A stretch of 64,000 bases of DNA, taken from Mobula hypostoma. Lineage: Eukaryota. The DNA lies in the NCBI RefSeq assembly GCF_963921235.1, contig NC_086109.1, positions 34,226,001-34,290,000 of the forward strand, written 5' to 3'. The translations under genes were made by a program, and so were the position numbers. Below are positions 27,225 to 40,123 of this stretch, piece after piece (within the stretch, counting starts at the first letter, position 1; each line of letters opens with the position of its first letter). The notes under the pieces are model-generated. The model worked only from the letters and a program-made list of their open reading frames with translations. It ran no database searches and had not been told where the DNA came from.

Positions 27225-30200
27225 CACTAATCCTCCTTTCCAGAGCATGGACTAATGTAAGCAGGGAGCGTAAATGTGCTTTGATCAAGACATGACAAGA
27301 ATGAAACAAAAGGAGGAGAATTAACTTTACAATTACAAAGAACCCCTAGCTGGCCGGAATATGTGCACCCTCATGTACGTGATTACTGCTTCTTTCAATT
27401 GCCCACCGCTAAGTGCGCCCAGTCTCTGTGGCAGTGTCTGCTGTTGTGCCAGGGCCTTCCTCCCCAGGCTCAGCTCCTGAGGCACCAGAGGCTTGTGCCC
27501 ACTGGAAATCCTGCATAGGAGACTTGTGCAGGATGTTCTGGGCCATCCCCCTCCTAAATAATGAGGTACTGGAACCTGCCCCACATCTGGGAAGATGCCA
27601 GGAGATGCCACACAGACCAGGGATACATCTACCAGGCGTGGAGGAAGGGAATGTTGGTGACTGGAGTAAGTGGGGATGGGGGTAGGGAGGATGTCACCAG
27701 CATGAGCTGGGAAACATGGAACACTGGGTGAATCTTCATGGATGATGATAGACACAGCCTATAGGAAGCTCTGTTGATTGTACTACGAATGGACCCACTT
27801 AGCATGGGGCCCACTTACGACTCTTTACTCTCAATGGAAGATCTCTAGATGCCAACCAGACTTTTTCCTTGGCTTGATAGGCCGCGCCTGTGATCAGCTT
27901 GCTGGGCATGCTGTTCCAAGGTTTACAGCAGAGGAGCCTTGGCCCATCTCCAAGTGTGCTTGTAGTGTTGGACCAGCTGTTCAGCAACAGTAACTCTCAC
28001 GTCAATCCTTTGGTCAGGGAAGAGTAGCAACTGGAATCCCTTTTTGACAATCAAAGGGGGACATGCCAGTGGAAGACAGCTGGAGATTATTGTGGGCAAT
28101 CTCTGACCAAAACATTTGGGAGCTCCAGCTTGTGGTGTTACAAGATACAAGGCAGTACAGAGTTGTCTCCAGCTCCTGATTCATTCTCTCAGTCTGGCCG
28201 TTGGATTGTGTGTGGAAACATAATGAGAGATTGGCTGTGGCTCCGAAAAAAGAACAGAAAACTTCCAAAAACAGGATGTGAACTGTGATCCTCAATCAGA
28301 CACCATGTTCTGAGGGAAACTGTGCAACCTGAACACATTCTGAACCGTGAGACTAGCAGTCTTACAAGCTGATGAGAGTTTGGGGAGAGCAATGAAATGG
28401 ACTGCTTTAGAGAACTGCTCCAGAACTACTGGAATGGTAACGTTCCCATCTGACAGAGCCAGACTATGATGAAATCCACTGAGAGGTGGGACCAGAGGTG
28501 GTGAGGCGCAGGCAGTGAGCAGAGCAGACCAGCAGGGCACTAACGTGACATCCTGTTCTGGGCTCAGGGACAGGCAGAGACGAAGTCTTGAACATCTTGG
28601 ACATAGATCCCCACTAAAATCATCTCTTTTCAAATTCCAGGATCTGTTGAATCCCGGGGTGACCAACCAGATGGGAAGAGTGACCTCATTCCAGCACTCT
28701 GGGCTACACAGTGGTGGAGACAAGCAGCTGGATCGGAGACCCCACCTGGGCCAGGATCGTACTGTTGAGCTGTCCCCACCCCCACCTCCATTCCCCAAAT
28801 CACCGGCGCAGCTGTGCATGTGCGGGGAAGGGTGGACTTTGGGTTGGCATTGTCCTCAGGGATGTCAGACTGGTGGCCTTGGTACTCTTGCTGCCAGGAC
28901 TGTGGTGGGTGAGGGTGAAAATAAACCAGGTGAAGAAGAGATGGGAGTTGAGTTTCTTGAGTCATAAATGTAGGGGAGGTTTTTGTGATCTGTCAATCAC
29001 AAAGAGATGGTGTGCTCCCTCCCACCAGCGTCACCATGCCTCCAGAGCCTTCCTGACAGCCGGAAGGTTTTGGTTCCAGACATAACAGCTACACTCCACA
29101 GGAGTCAAGCGATGGAGAAGAAGAGCACAGGAGTGCAGCCGATTATCTACTGAAGAATATTGGGAGAGAGCAGCTCCAATGCTGGCAACATACGCATCAT
29201 CCTCAAAGGGATGGGTCTGAATGTTGCAGTGAAAGGGCAGTGGTGAAGCGTTGCTTTAGCTCTGAGAATGCTTGGTCTGTTTCACTGCAGAGGCCTTCTT
29301 AGTGAGTGCATTTATAGCAGTCGTGATGGAACTGAGCTTTCTGATGAAGCAGTGATAGAAAGTTTGCAAACTCTGCGAAGTGCCCAACCTGTTTGACTGT
29401 AGATGGTTTGGGCCACTCGGTAACTGCTTGAACTTTTACATGGGTCCATTTGAGCACCGGAAGGGATGAGGACATAGCCAATGGATGACCAGACTTATTA
29501 GTATCATGAGGTACTCATTGAAGCCAGTGGGGGTATCGGATGCTGTCTTCCACTCGTCCCCTTCTCGGATGTGAACCAGCTTGTAAGTTTTGCACAGTTT
29601 TATCATGGAGAATGTGGTTGCTCCCTGGAGAAGTTCAAATGCAGAGGAAAGCAGGGGAAGTGGGTTCTTCACCGTGATGTTGTTGAGGGGCTGACAATCA
29701 ATGTAGGATTGGAGCTTGCCATACTCCTTGCTCACAAACAGGAAGCCTCGAGAAGGTCTGCATATTCAGCTGGAACACCGGACAGGTCCACATTAGCAGT
29801 TGGCTCAGGTGAGGATCCGCTGACAGGAACTTGATCTGGACCCAGACAGGTAGACAGATCTGCCAGTCCCCACTCTTGGAGTGCCTGTAGGAACCCAATG
29901 ATCCAAGTGCTTTGTCGAGAGAGCCAGGGAAGGCCAAGTATCTGCGGCAGTTCAGGTAAATCATCAAGCTGGAAGGAGAGCTGTTCCCAGTGGTTGCCCG
30001 CTAGCAGAAGTTGAAGGGATAATGTGGATCTTGCTTGTGCCCAGAGGTTGACCATCCAGAGCTTTGATATCAATAGTCTCTCTTCACTGTTGAGTTGGAT
30101 TTTCCCATCTTGGAGCCTGAGGGATATCCACATTGTTCCTGGCTGCCCCAGAGTCAAGGAATACCGGAAGCTCATGGGTCAGAGACCCCCACAGCAGGAA

Positions 30201-31817
30201 AGCTGGGAGCATTACTCGATTAGGGGAAGGTGCTTGCAGGGAGAATTGACCTGTCGGAGTTCCCCTTCTGACTGTTGTGTCTCCTCTTTTACTGGGCACT
30301 TGGGATATAATGCCCAAAAGTGCCCTGGAAAGCCACAGTAAAGACAGCAACCTGCACTTATGCACTGATCTCATTTCTCCTGAGATAGGTGCAGGCCCCC
30401 CACTTGCATGGGCTCTTCCATGGACTGTGCACGGGGTGATGAGAGAGGGAATGAAGACAGACACTGATCTGATGAGTCAGAGGCCCAGATGTTCTCTCTC
30501 TGTGCCACTCTGCTGCCAGTTATCTATTCAAAAGGCCCGATTGATCAGGTTATCCAGGCTGTCCTGTTTATCGCGCACTGCGATCTCATGCCAGACCTCT
30601 CTGTGCTCACCCAACACAGGAAAGCAGTGATGAGAGATCTTTCATTGCACTCCACCTCAGCCGCGAGAGTGCAGAACTTTACTTCATAGACCCTCTCTGG
30701 CCCTCTCTCTCGGCGCATGTCCAGCAGTTGGTGGGCAGCCTCCTGACTCGGTGCTGGAAGGTCAAGCACTCTTGAACTCAACTACAAGTTGCTGGGAAAA
30801 CTACACTGCAGGAGGACCTTGTTCACATAGGCCGAGTGGTGGTCCGTGTAAGACATTCACCACACGAGCCAGTTTATGTGCAGAGGAATACTCAGTTCAG
30901 GTTTGGGAGCAGCCAGGAGAATCAGGGTGTTAATAGCTGAGGCTGATGAGACTGCAATAGAGGAGGATGGGGGAGAAGCCAGGGCTGGAAGTGGGGTGGT
31001 CCTGGCAGAGAACTGCTGACGAGCGGTGGTGGGAGTAATAATGACTGCCACCTGATTCTGCCTGTTTGTTTGGAGTGACTGAGTTGTCATTACAAGTGCT
31101 GACATCTGTTCTTCCAGCTTGGTCTGTGCTTTGCTGCTCTCAGAGTAGCTGTCGCACTGTGAGAGCCATTTCTGCCAACTCAGTCTCCACTGACTTTAAC
31201 TTCTTCCCCGCCCGACAAACAAAATTCACCTTTGACCTGCTTTGCTGCTCCCAGAGTAGTGACACTGTGAGAGCCATTTCTGCCAACACAGCCTTCATTG
31301 ACTTTAACTTCTCCCTCACCTGACCAACAAAATTCAGGACCGATTTCAGCTGTTCTCACTCCGCTGGGCCTATTTTAATGATCAAGCCTTGCTGACAGGA
31401 ACTTAATGATAGCCCACGAGCAGAGGAAGAGACACAGACACGGAATGAACAGTTAAATGAATTTTAATAAGAATTGTACAGAACAAAGAAAGATAATAAA
31501 TGTTAGGCTACTAACTAAAAACTCACAAACTAACTACAAATCGTAGCCCAAGAACTAAATTAATTTTGTCTGTCTAAATCACTAATTTTCTTTTCTGGAA
31601 TGTCGACCAAGGTAAGCAAGGAGCATTGTCTTCGCTGTGCTTTGATTGAGACTTGACAAGCTGAAGCAAATGAAAGGGAGTTAAGTACAATTACAAAGAA
31701 ACCCTAATTAGCTGGAATGTGTGCACATTCTCACATGTGTGATTGTCATCTTCTTTCATCTTCTTTCTGGGCCTGTGAGAGTGCCCAGACTCAGTGGTAG
31801 TGTCCATAGTTGTGACA
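27225..31817 (-). mobile_element. Degenerate Ty3/Gypsy chromovirus-like (sushi-type) LTR retrotransposon
   Basis: LTR-homologous segments ~27225-27451 and ~31580-31817; PPT ggggaggaagg next to the 3' LTR; gag (YEVKFCTLAAE), protease (VFLDSGA), RT (YIDCQPLNNITVKN..DEWKTA), integrase (QSNGQTERMNQELE, IHPVFHVSQL) in Gypsy order. Left LTR boundaries uncertain. Confidence 0.85.
31127..31336. repeat. ~105-bp diverged tandem duplication in the Gypsy leader/gag start
   Basis: tgctttgctgctc.cagagtag..cactgtgagagccatttctgccaac..tgactttaacttct..acaaaattca occurs twice. Confidence 0.85.
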
Positions 31818-32554
31818 GGCTCCATAGCTAATTAAGTAGCAATGAGCAAGAAGCCATTGTGAGCATAGGAATAATTTATGAGGACACATCAAATCAACAG
31901 TATGTGTAGCATGATTGCATTCTAATTGGAAAGAAAGCATGAGAAGCAGGGAATAGTGCTGCTGAGGTTTAAGACGCTGATGCAAAGTGATACAGGGTGC
32001 CCAGGTGTGGAGAGCAATCTATATTTGGTAGTCTACATGATGTATTTAAACTTGAGTCATAGGGGACATCTGTTTTTACTTGTTTAATTGGTCATCTTTG
32101 ACTGTTACTGCTGAAATATTTGGGCATCTGCCATCAAAAGCAATGGCATAAGATATTTTTTCTTGCTACTGGTTCAATCTGTTCGCATTTTTACTGTTGC
32201 AGCAGAGGGTATGGGTTCTCTGAATAAGATTATCAGTTCTAGAATATTCCTATGCAGTATCCACATCAAGAAATACTCCAGCCTCTTGGGTGCTGCAGAC
32301 TGCCTGCTAATATTTTAGATATTCTAGACACTTAAAAACCTGTCTATGCATATTTTGAATGTAGTGCAATCAGATATTATTTTAAAAGACATGCAGCAGG
32401 ATGGCTGTTATTGGACTGGACACCCAGTTCTGAACCAATGATTGCCAGACAATGTCAGCTAAACAGTTTCAGTTTAGTTAATCATAAAATCTGCTGTTCC
32501 AAGTTTGTTTTGAAGCCATTAGAAAGTTGTAGAGGTCCATCTAGTTCATTGAGC

Positions 32555-33985
32555 CATAGAGTTATACAGAATGGGAACAGGGCCTCCGGTCCAAACTCGC
32601 CCATGTCTATCTGAGGAAGTCCGATTTGCCCGTATTTGTCCCATGTCCCTCTAAACCTTTTTGATCCATATACCTGTCCACACATTGTAATTATACCTGT
32701 CTCTACAGCTTCTTCTGGCAGCCATTCCACATATCCATCACCCATTGAGTGAAAAGGTAGCCCCTCAGAACTCTTTTAAATCTTCCCCTTCTCACTTTAA
32801 ATCTATGTCCTCTAGTTTTAGACCTCCCTACCCTCAGAATAATAGTGTTCTTATCTATACCCAAACATCTTTCTTTATACTTCTCAACTTCCTACGATCC
32901 AGGAAAATAAGTCTGAGCCTATTAAGCCACTCTATATAACTCAAGCCCTACAGTCCCAGTAACAACCTTGTGAATCTGCACCCTTTACTGCTTATGTCTT
33001 TATGTCCTTATAGGAAGGAAATCTACCACTGTGTCTTTAACTAAGTCAAGATCTAGAACGATGTATTTGATTTTGAAGAGCCACTGGCTTCAACAAGGAA
33101 CATTCATAAAACCATCAAAATAAAACAGAACTCCTGACTTCGCCATAGCCACTAGATCTGCACAAGGAAAAATTATCCATAGTCAAGATGGTACTACAAA
33201 ATTCTGCTCAGCTACATCTGGTGCTTAAATTAAGAGAGGAATATGCCCACAACACTTTCTCAAGAGCAGTTGGGTGGGGAATAAATGCTATCTTGGGACC
33301 ATTAAGCCACAAGCCAGAGGAGCAGAATTAGGGCCTCTGGCCCGTTGAGTCTGCTCCACCATTCAATCATGGCTGATTTATTACCCCTCACAATCCAATT
33401 CTCCTCTCTTCTCCCTGTAACCTTTGACGTTGTCATTAATCAAGAACCTATCAACCTCGGCTTTAAATATACTCAATAAGTTAGCCTCAAAGCTGTCTGT
33501 GAGATGAATTTCACAGATTTACCACCTTCTGGCTCCAGAAATTTCTCTTTATCTCTGTTCTTTAGGGATGTCCTTCTATTCTGAGACTGCCGCCTCTGGT
33601 CTTAGACTCTCCCACTATTGGAAATGTTCTCTCAGCATCCACTCTACTTATGCCTTTCAATAGTTGATAGGTTTCAATAAGATACTCCTCATCCTTTTAA
33701 ACAATGCTCCACATACATTAATCTTTTCATTCTTGCAGTTATTCTTGTGGACGTACTTTGGACCTTCTGCAATGCCAGCTCTTTTCTTCAGTATGGGGCC
33801 CAAATCTGCTCACAATGCTCCAAATTTCTCATGACCAATGCCTTATAAAACTTTAGCATTACATCCTTGCTTTTATATTCTGACAATGCTAACACTACAT
33901 TCGCTTACCTTACTACCAGCTCCAACTGCTAGTTAATCTTTAGAGAATCCTGCAAGTGGATCCCAAGTCCCTTTGCACCTTCAAA
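32555..33985 (-). mobile_element. Two old CR1 3' fragments (32555-32990 and 33300-33985)
   Basis: CR1 3'UTR starts and RT C-terminal similarity to 20800-21525. Confidence 0.7.
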
Positions 33986-36726
33986 TTTTTGATTTACATG
34001 GCCAGATCCTATAAATGAAGAAGTTCTAAAGCTGTAAATAACAGTAACTTGAAGAATGTCTCTTCAAACTTCAACAAAATAGTATTTTTCATGTGTTAAG
34101 CTCTGCTGCAAAAATATTTATTTTCAAAAAAGGAAATCCACGGATAACCAGTCTCTTCATCGATAATCAGGATTGTCTAGACCTAAAAGAAACAATTTCT
34201 GTTGCTGACATGTTTTATTTTTATCCTAGTTCTTTTCTGCCAATTCAAATAGTTCACCCACCCAACAAACCAAACAATTGAATTATTAATCTTCTATGTT
34301 ACCTGAGAATAAACTGCCTAAGCATGATTCATAAGTCAATCTATTTACCTTGTGCAATACTGACAACTGAAAAATGTCTATATTCTCTGCAGAAATAACC
34401 TTGGACCAACCCTTACAAACATTAATACCAAACCAAACGAAATGCATGATTCAGACATAATTAAGCAGGTTGTTTTATACTGGGAAAATTTTCTGTTGCT
34501 TCAAATGAGCAAGAATGGTTAGGGTATTGGATTTTTTTTAACTTTACTTATATACTGCTTTTTTTATTTTTTCACCTTTTCCCAACTTTGATCTTTATGA
34601 AAAAAGAATTTAATTAAATGGAAACCATTCAGTCTCTCAAGGCTGTTCCAGGAAACAAATAGTAAATGTCTGACCAATACCTTAATTTAATTTATATTCT
34701 TTAACCCCTGATACCGTTGATCATAAACAAAAATGTCAATATTAGTCTTTAGGATTCCAGTTGAACAAATTGTATCACACCTGCCGTGGAACCTGAATTT
34801 CAGATTCTGGAACTGAAGTAATCAATCTCCTTTAAACATTTGCCAAACATTAGCTTGGTCGACCATTTCAATAACAGAAGAACAGAAGATTCTGAAGAGT
34901 TTCGGGGTTCGTTTGTGGTGATTTTAACCCACCAAATTACATCTATTTCCACCTTGGTACCTCAGGAGTTTAGAAGGTCAAAACTTGTGATTGCCTGAAC
35001 CGTCAGAGCCCTCATTTTCAAACATTTGAAGTAGTACATTTTCCTTATTTGTTACTAATGGGAAGGAGGTTCCTCATAGATAAGTGCAAAAATGAGATAA
35101 AAAATGTTGCCACTTCCCTCTGCATACTCCCCTTCCTTTCCACCTTTTATACTGACCTGAAGCCCTGCATCAAACTCTTGAGCAGAAATTTCAACAGCCC
35201 AGTGTGGGTGAACTCCTATGATTCAAGGTCAGATCTACAAGTTTTACTAGTTGCACACTAGAAAGTTCAAATCTGTCTTTTAGTTCATTTTAAGCACATG
35301 GATTCAAAAATTACCCTGCTTGTTTTGCTTATATATCCAGTAACAGAGTAATAGCTGAATGCTTTATAAAAATTAAATGTTTCCTCTGCAAATGAGAACA
35401 AGCTGCATTTTTAAGTGTACATCATGAACAGAGTTATTTTTACTTGTTGCTGAAATGTACTAGAACTTATGATGAATAACCAAGGTTAAATACATGACAG
35501 AGATTTTGGTTTCATAATTCATTTGTTTAGATCCATTTGTGTAACTTTGTTCAAATTCATGAAGGATCTGAGCAAAATGAACTGGTGAAATGCCCAATTG
35601 TGGTAGAATCAGGAACCACAAAACACAGATAAGGAAGTAACATCAAGAAGGCAACATCCATCATCAAAGAGCTCCACCATCTTCTCACAGCTACCATCAG
35701 GCAGGAGACACAAAAGCTTGAAGTCCTACAACACCTTTTGTTTCTTGAATTAACTGGGATAAACCTAATCATTACAGTTTAGCGACACCGTGATAAATTT
35801 GATAGTTTTGCATTAAAAATGACTTCTAAAAGTTCCAGTTGTGTTTTTTTCTTGTGAAAATTGTGTATAAGTTATATTTAGTTAATGTTTTCCTTATGAA
35901 TGCTGCTTATACGATGCTCTGTGCCTCTGATGCTACTGCAAGTAAGTTTTTAATTGCACCTTTGCATGCTTACATATGCAATAATTATATAATTAAATAA
36001 TTGTGTACGTCAAACAGAGTTGAATAGATTTTTGCATAGTAGGGAAATTAAGGGTTATGGGGAAAAGGCCGGTAGGTGGAGAGGAAGTCTATGGCTAGAT
36101 CAACCGTGATCTTATTGAATGGTGGAGCAGGCTCGACGGGCCAGATGTCCTATTCCTGCTCCTATTTCTTAGGAAAAATCTTATGAAAAATTTGTCTTTG
36201 ACTTTTTGACTTTAGAGGTGATTGACAAAAGAATCAGAGTGAAAAGAAATTTTCTTATGCAGTGATCAGTGATGATCAGAAATCCACTGACTGAATGAGT
36301 AATGCAGACGGTTTCAGTTAATGTTCACAAAAGGAAACTTGATAGTTAATTTGCAAGAGGGAATAAAAATACAGTCAGAGGAAAAGAACTGTGGAACAGG
36401 ACTGAGTTGATCAGTCTTTCAGGGAGGTGTTGTAGTTATAAAAGGCCAAGCACCTGCTTTCCATGTAGCAAAAATTTTTTTTTTTAATTATGAAAATCAA
36501 AGATAAGGTAGCTTTTAAACTGTACTCCGGAAATATTCAAATATTTAACTTCTCTAGAAACTTTTACAAGGAAAATAACTTTTGCTTCACACTAGTCTTT
36601 ACTATGATTGCAGTTTTGATTCAAGCTGTTATTTACACCTCAGAATGAGGTTAAATCTTGATCCTGTAGTGCAAATTAAACAATAGGGTGTTTGCAAGCT
36701 GAAACACATTTAATACTTGTATAAAA

Positions 36727-38816
36727 CAATTGTTCATCCCAGTTTGGCAAAAGAATAAATCAAGGAAGGTAGTGCACCCGTGGCTGACAAGAGAAATTAG
36801 GGATAGCATCAATTCCAAAGAAGAAGCATACAAATTAGCCAGAGAAAGTGGCTCACCTGAGGACTGGGAGAAATTCAGAGTTCAGCAGAGGAGGACAAAA
36901 GGCTTAATTAGGAAGGGGAAAAAAGATTATGAGAGAAAACTGGCAAGGAACATAAAAACTGACTGTAAAAGCTTTTTTAGATATGTAAAAAGGAAAAGAC
37001 TGGTAAAGACAAATGTAGGTCCCCTACAGACAGAAACAGGTGAATCGATTATGGGGAGCAAAGACATGGCAGACCAATTGAATAATTACTTTGGTTCTGT
37101 CTTCACTAAGGAGGACATAAATAATCTTCCAGAAATAGTAGGGGACAGAGGGTCCAGTGAGATGGAGGAACTGAGCGAAATACATGTTAGTAGGGAAGTG
37201 GTGTTAGGTAAATTAAAGGGATTGAAGGCAGATAAATCCCCAGGGCCAGATGGTCTGCATCCTAGAGTGCTTAAGGAAGTAGCCCAAGAAATAGTGGATG
37301 CATTAGTGATAATTTTTCAAAACTCGTTAGATTCTGGACTAGTTCCTGAGGATTGGAGGGTGGCTAATGTAACCCCACTTTTTAAAAAAGGAAGGAGAGA
37401 GAAACCGGGGAATTATAGACCGGTTAGCCTAACGTCGGTGGTGGGGAAACTGCTGGAGTCAGTTATCAAAGATGTGATAACAGCACATTTGGAAAGCGGT
37501 GAAATCATCGGACAAAGTCAGCATGGATTTGTGAAAGGAAAATCATGTCTGACGAATCTCATAGAATTTTTTGAGGATGCAACTAGTAGAGTGGATAGGG
37601 GAGAACCAGTGGATGTGGTATATTTGGATTTTCAGAAGGCTTTTGACAAGGTCCCACACAGGAGATTAGTGTGCAAACTTAAAGCACACGGTATTGGGGG
37701 TAAGGTATTCATGTGGATGGAGAATTGGTTAGCAGACAGGAAGCAAAGAGTGGGAATAAATGGGACCTTTTCAGAATGGCAGGCAGTGACTAGTGGGGTA
37801 CCGCAAGGCTCAGTGCTGGGACCCCAGTTGTTTACAATATATATTAATGACTTGGATGAGGGAATTAAATGCAGCATCTCCAAGTTTGCGGATGACACAA
37901 AGCTGGGTGGCAGTATTAGCTGTGAGGAGGATGCTAAGAGGATGCAGAGTGACTTGGATAGGTTGGGTGAGTGGGCAAATTCATGGCAGATGCAAATTAA
38001 TGTGGATAAATGTGAAGTTATCCACTTTGGTGGCAAAAATAGGAAAACAGATTATTATCTGAATGGTGGCCGATTAGGAAAAGGGGAGGTGCAACGAGAC
38101 CTGGGTGTCATTATACACCAGTCACTGAAAGTGGGCATGCAGGTACAGCAGGCGGTGAAAAAGGCGAATGGTATGCTGGCATTTATAGCGAGAGGATTCG
38201 AGTACAGGAGCAGGGAGGTACTACTGCAGTTGTACAAGGCCTTGGTGAGACCACACCTGGAGTATTGTGTGCAGTTTTGGTCCCCTAATCTGAGGAAAGA
38301 CATCCTTGCCATAGAGGGAGTGCAAAGAAGGTTCACCAGATTGATTCCTGGGATGGCAGGACTTTCATATGAAGAAAGACTGGATGATCTGGGCTTGTAC
38401 TCATTGGAATTTAGAAGATTGAGGGGGGATCTGATTGAAACGTATAAAATCCTAAAGGGATTGGACAGGCTAGATGCAGGAAGATTGTTCCCGATGTTGG
38501 GGAAGTCCAGAACAAGGGGTCACAGTTTGAGGATAAAGGGGATGCCTTTTAGGACCGAGGTTAGGAAAAACTTCTTCACACAGAGAGTGGTGAATCTGTG
38601 GAATTCTCTGCCACAGGAAACAGTTGAGGCCAGTTCATTGGCTATATTTAAGAGGGAGTTAGATATGGCCCTTGTGGCTACGGGGATCAGGGGGTATGGA
38701 GGGAAGGCTGGGGCGGGGTTCTGAGTTGGATGATCAGCCACGATCATAATAAATGGCGGTGCAGGCTCGAAGGGCCGAATGGCCTACTCCTGCACCTATT
38801 TTCTATGTTTCTATGT
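36727..38816 (+). mobile_element. Young 5'-truncated CR1 LINE
   Basis: (TTTCTATG) tail; 10-bp TSD TTGTATAAAA at 36717-36726 and 38817-38826. Confidence 0.96.
36730..38724 (+). CDS. CR1 ORF2 reverse transcriptase, uninterrupted 664-codon frame lacking the APE domain
   Basis: KSPGPDG, NYRPVSLTS, QHGF, YLDFQKAFDKV, GVPQGSVLGP, KFADD; the start is TTG at the truncation point, so probably not translated. Confidence 0.85.
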   Translation: MFIPVWQKNKSRKVVHPWLTREIRDSINSKEEAYKLARESGSPEDWEKFRVQQRRTKGLIRKGKKDYERKLARNIKTDCKSFFRYVKRKRLVKTNVGPLQTETGESIMGSKDMADQLNNYFGSVFTKEDINNLPEIVGDRGSSEMEELSEIHVSREVVLGKLKGLKADKSPGPDGLHPRVLKEVAQEIVDALVIIFQNSLDSGLVPEDWRVANVTPLFKKGRREKPGNYRPVSLTSVVGKLLESVIKDVITAHLESGEIIGQSQHGFVKGKSCLTNLIEFFEDATSRVDRGEPVDVVYLDFQKAFDKVPHRRLVCKLKAHGIGGKVFMWMENWLADRKQRVGINGTFSEWQAVTSGVPQGSVLGPQLFTIYINDLDEGIKCSISKFADDTKLGGSISCEEDAKRMQSDLDRLGEWANSWQMQINVDKCEVIHFGGKNRKTDYYLNGGRLGKGEVQRDLGVIIHQSLKVGMQVQQAVKKANGMLAFIARGFEYRSREVLLQLYKALVRPHLEYCVQFWSPNLRKDILAIEGVQRRFTRLIPGMAGLSYEERLDDLGLYSLEFRRLRGDLIETYKILKGLDRLDAGRLFPMLGKSRTRGHSLRIKGMPFRTEVRKNFFTQRVVNLWNSLPQETVEASSLAIFKRELDMALVATGIRGYGGKAGAGF

Positions 38817-38984
38817 TTGTATAAAAAAAACTGGTATATAATTAGTTACTATTCTCAACTGGGCCTGCATTGAAAGACTTGTAAACCAAATACACTTATG
38901 CAATATCTGGTTTGACAAATAAGATCAACATTCCTGATTAGTCTAAGCAAAAAAGCTATAACATGCCTTCACACTTTTACATAT

Positions 38985-39520
38985 ACACTCAGTGGCCACT
39001 TTATTAGGTACACCTGTACACCTTGCTCATGAAATATCTAATGAGCCAACATGTGGGAGCAACTCAATGCATAGAAGCATGCAGACATGGTCAAGAGGTT
39101 CAGCTGTTGTTTAGAGCAGACACCAGAATGGGAAAGAAATGTGATCTAAATACATTTGATGGTAGAATGTTTGTTGGTGCCAAAACAGGGTGGCTTGAGT
39201 ATCTCAGAAACTACAGATCTTCTTGGATTTTTTCACATTACAGTCTCTAGAGTTTATAGAGAATGGAGAGAAAAAGCACAAAATATCCAGTGAGCAGCAG
39301 TTCTGTGAGGGAAAATGCCTTGTTAATAACAGGGGTCAGAGGAGAATGGCCAGATTGATTCAAGCTGACGGGAAGGCGCCATTAACTGAAATAATCATTC
39401 GTTACAACAGTGGTGTGCAGAAGAGCAACTCTGAATGCACAGCACATCTGACCTTGAAGTGGGTGGGCTAAAGAAGCAGAAGACTATGAACATACACTCA
39501 GTGACCACTTTATTTGGTAC
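38985..39520 (+). mobile_element. Tc1-like transposon relic
   Basis: Starts TA-cactcagtggccactttattagg; MGKKCDLNTFDGRMFVGAK HTH start; terminal motif repeated directly at ~39493-39520. Confidence 0.75.
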
Positions 39521-39780
39521 TTAGTGCAGTGACCACTGAGTGTGTTTGTTGCAATATTCCCTCTTTGGCTTATTTTAGGTCCATTAAAACATTTCTGATG
39601 TTTGACTTTCAGGGTCTGAGAACTGCATTTAAATAAGCATTCCCATTCATTTACACTTACGGCAAACAGCAATTATCAAAATATTTCCTTCTTCAAGCTA
39701 TGCTACTAAAACTCTTACAATGTCTGTCGTAATCTGAAACCTTGTGCGTCTTGGTTTCTCACAACACATTCTGACAATTG

Positions 39781-39876
39781 TCCTGACGAAGGGTCTTGGC
39801 CCAAAACGTCGACTGTACCTCTTCCTAGAGATGCTGCCTGGCCTGCTGTGTTCACCAGCAACTTTGATGTGTGTTG
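39781..39876 (+). mobile_element. 96-bp Penelope pLTR fragment starting at the hammerhead motif
   Basis: High identity to 54143-54238; 10-bp direct repeat CTGACAATTG at 39771-39780 and 39877-39886. Confidence 0.9.
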
Positions 39877-40123
39877 CTGACAATTGATACTAGTTTATGT
39901 AACTGCTATTAGTCTGGCAAAGGTACTACTACCAGGATTTTGGATTAAATGGGAGCCTGATAAACTCATGATGATAAAGCAGAAGGATCATATTAATAGG
40001 TGTTATAATCTTAAAGCACTGGATCCTTTTTCTTATTAATAGGTGTTAGAAACATGGGTTATGACCAAAGAGAAAATGGCTGGAGCTGTGAAGTACTTTA
40101 GTGCAAGGGTGTTTATTAGGTGC

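Noticed and set aside
31127..31336. CRISPR-like or satellite array
   Set aside because: Only two diverged units with no spacers, inside an LTR element in eukaryotic DNA
27225..31817. Domesticated sushi-type gene (PEG10/RTL-like)
   Set aside because: LTRs are retained and all domains are broken by stops and frameshifts; an ordinary dead retrotransposon
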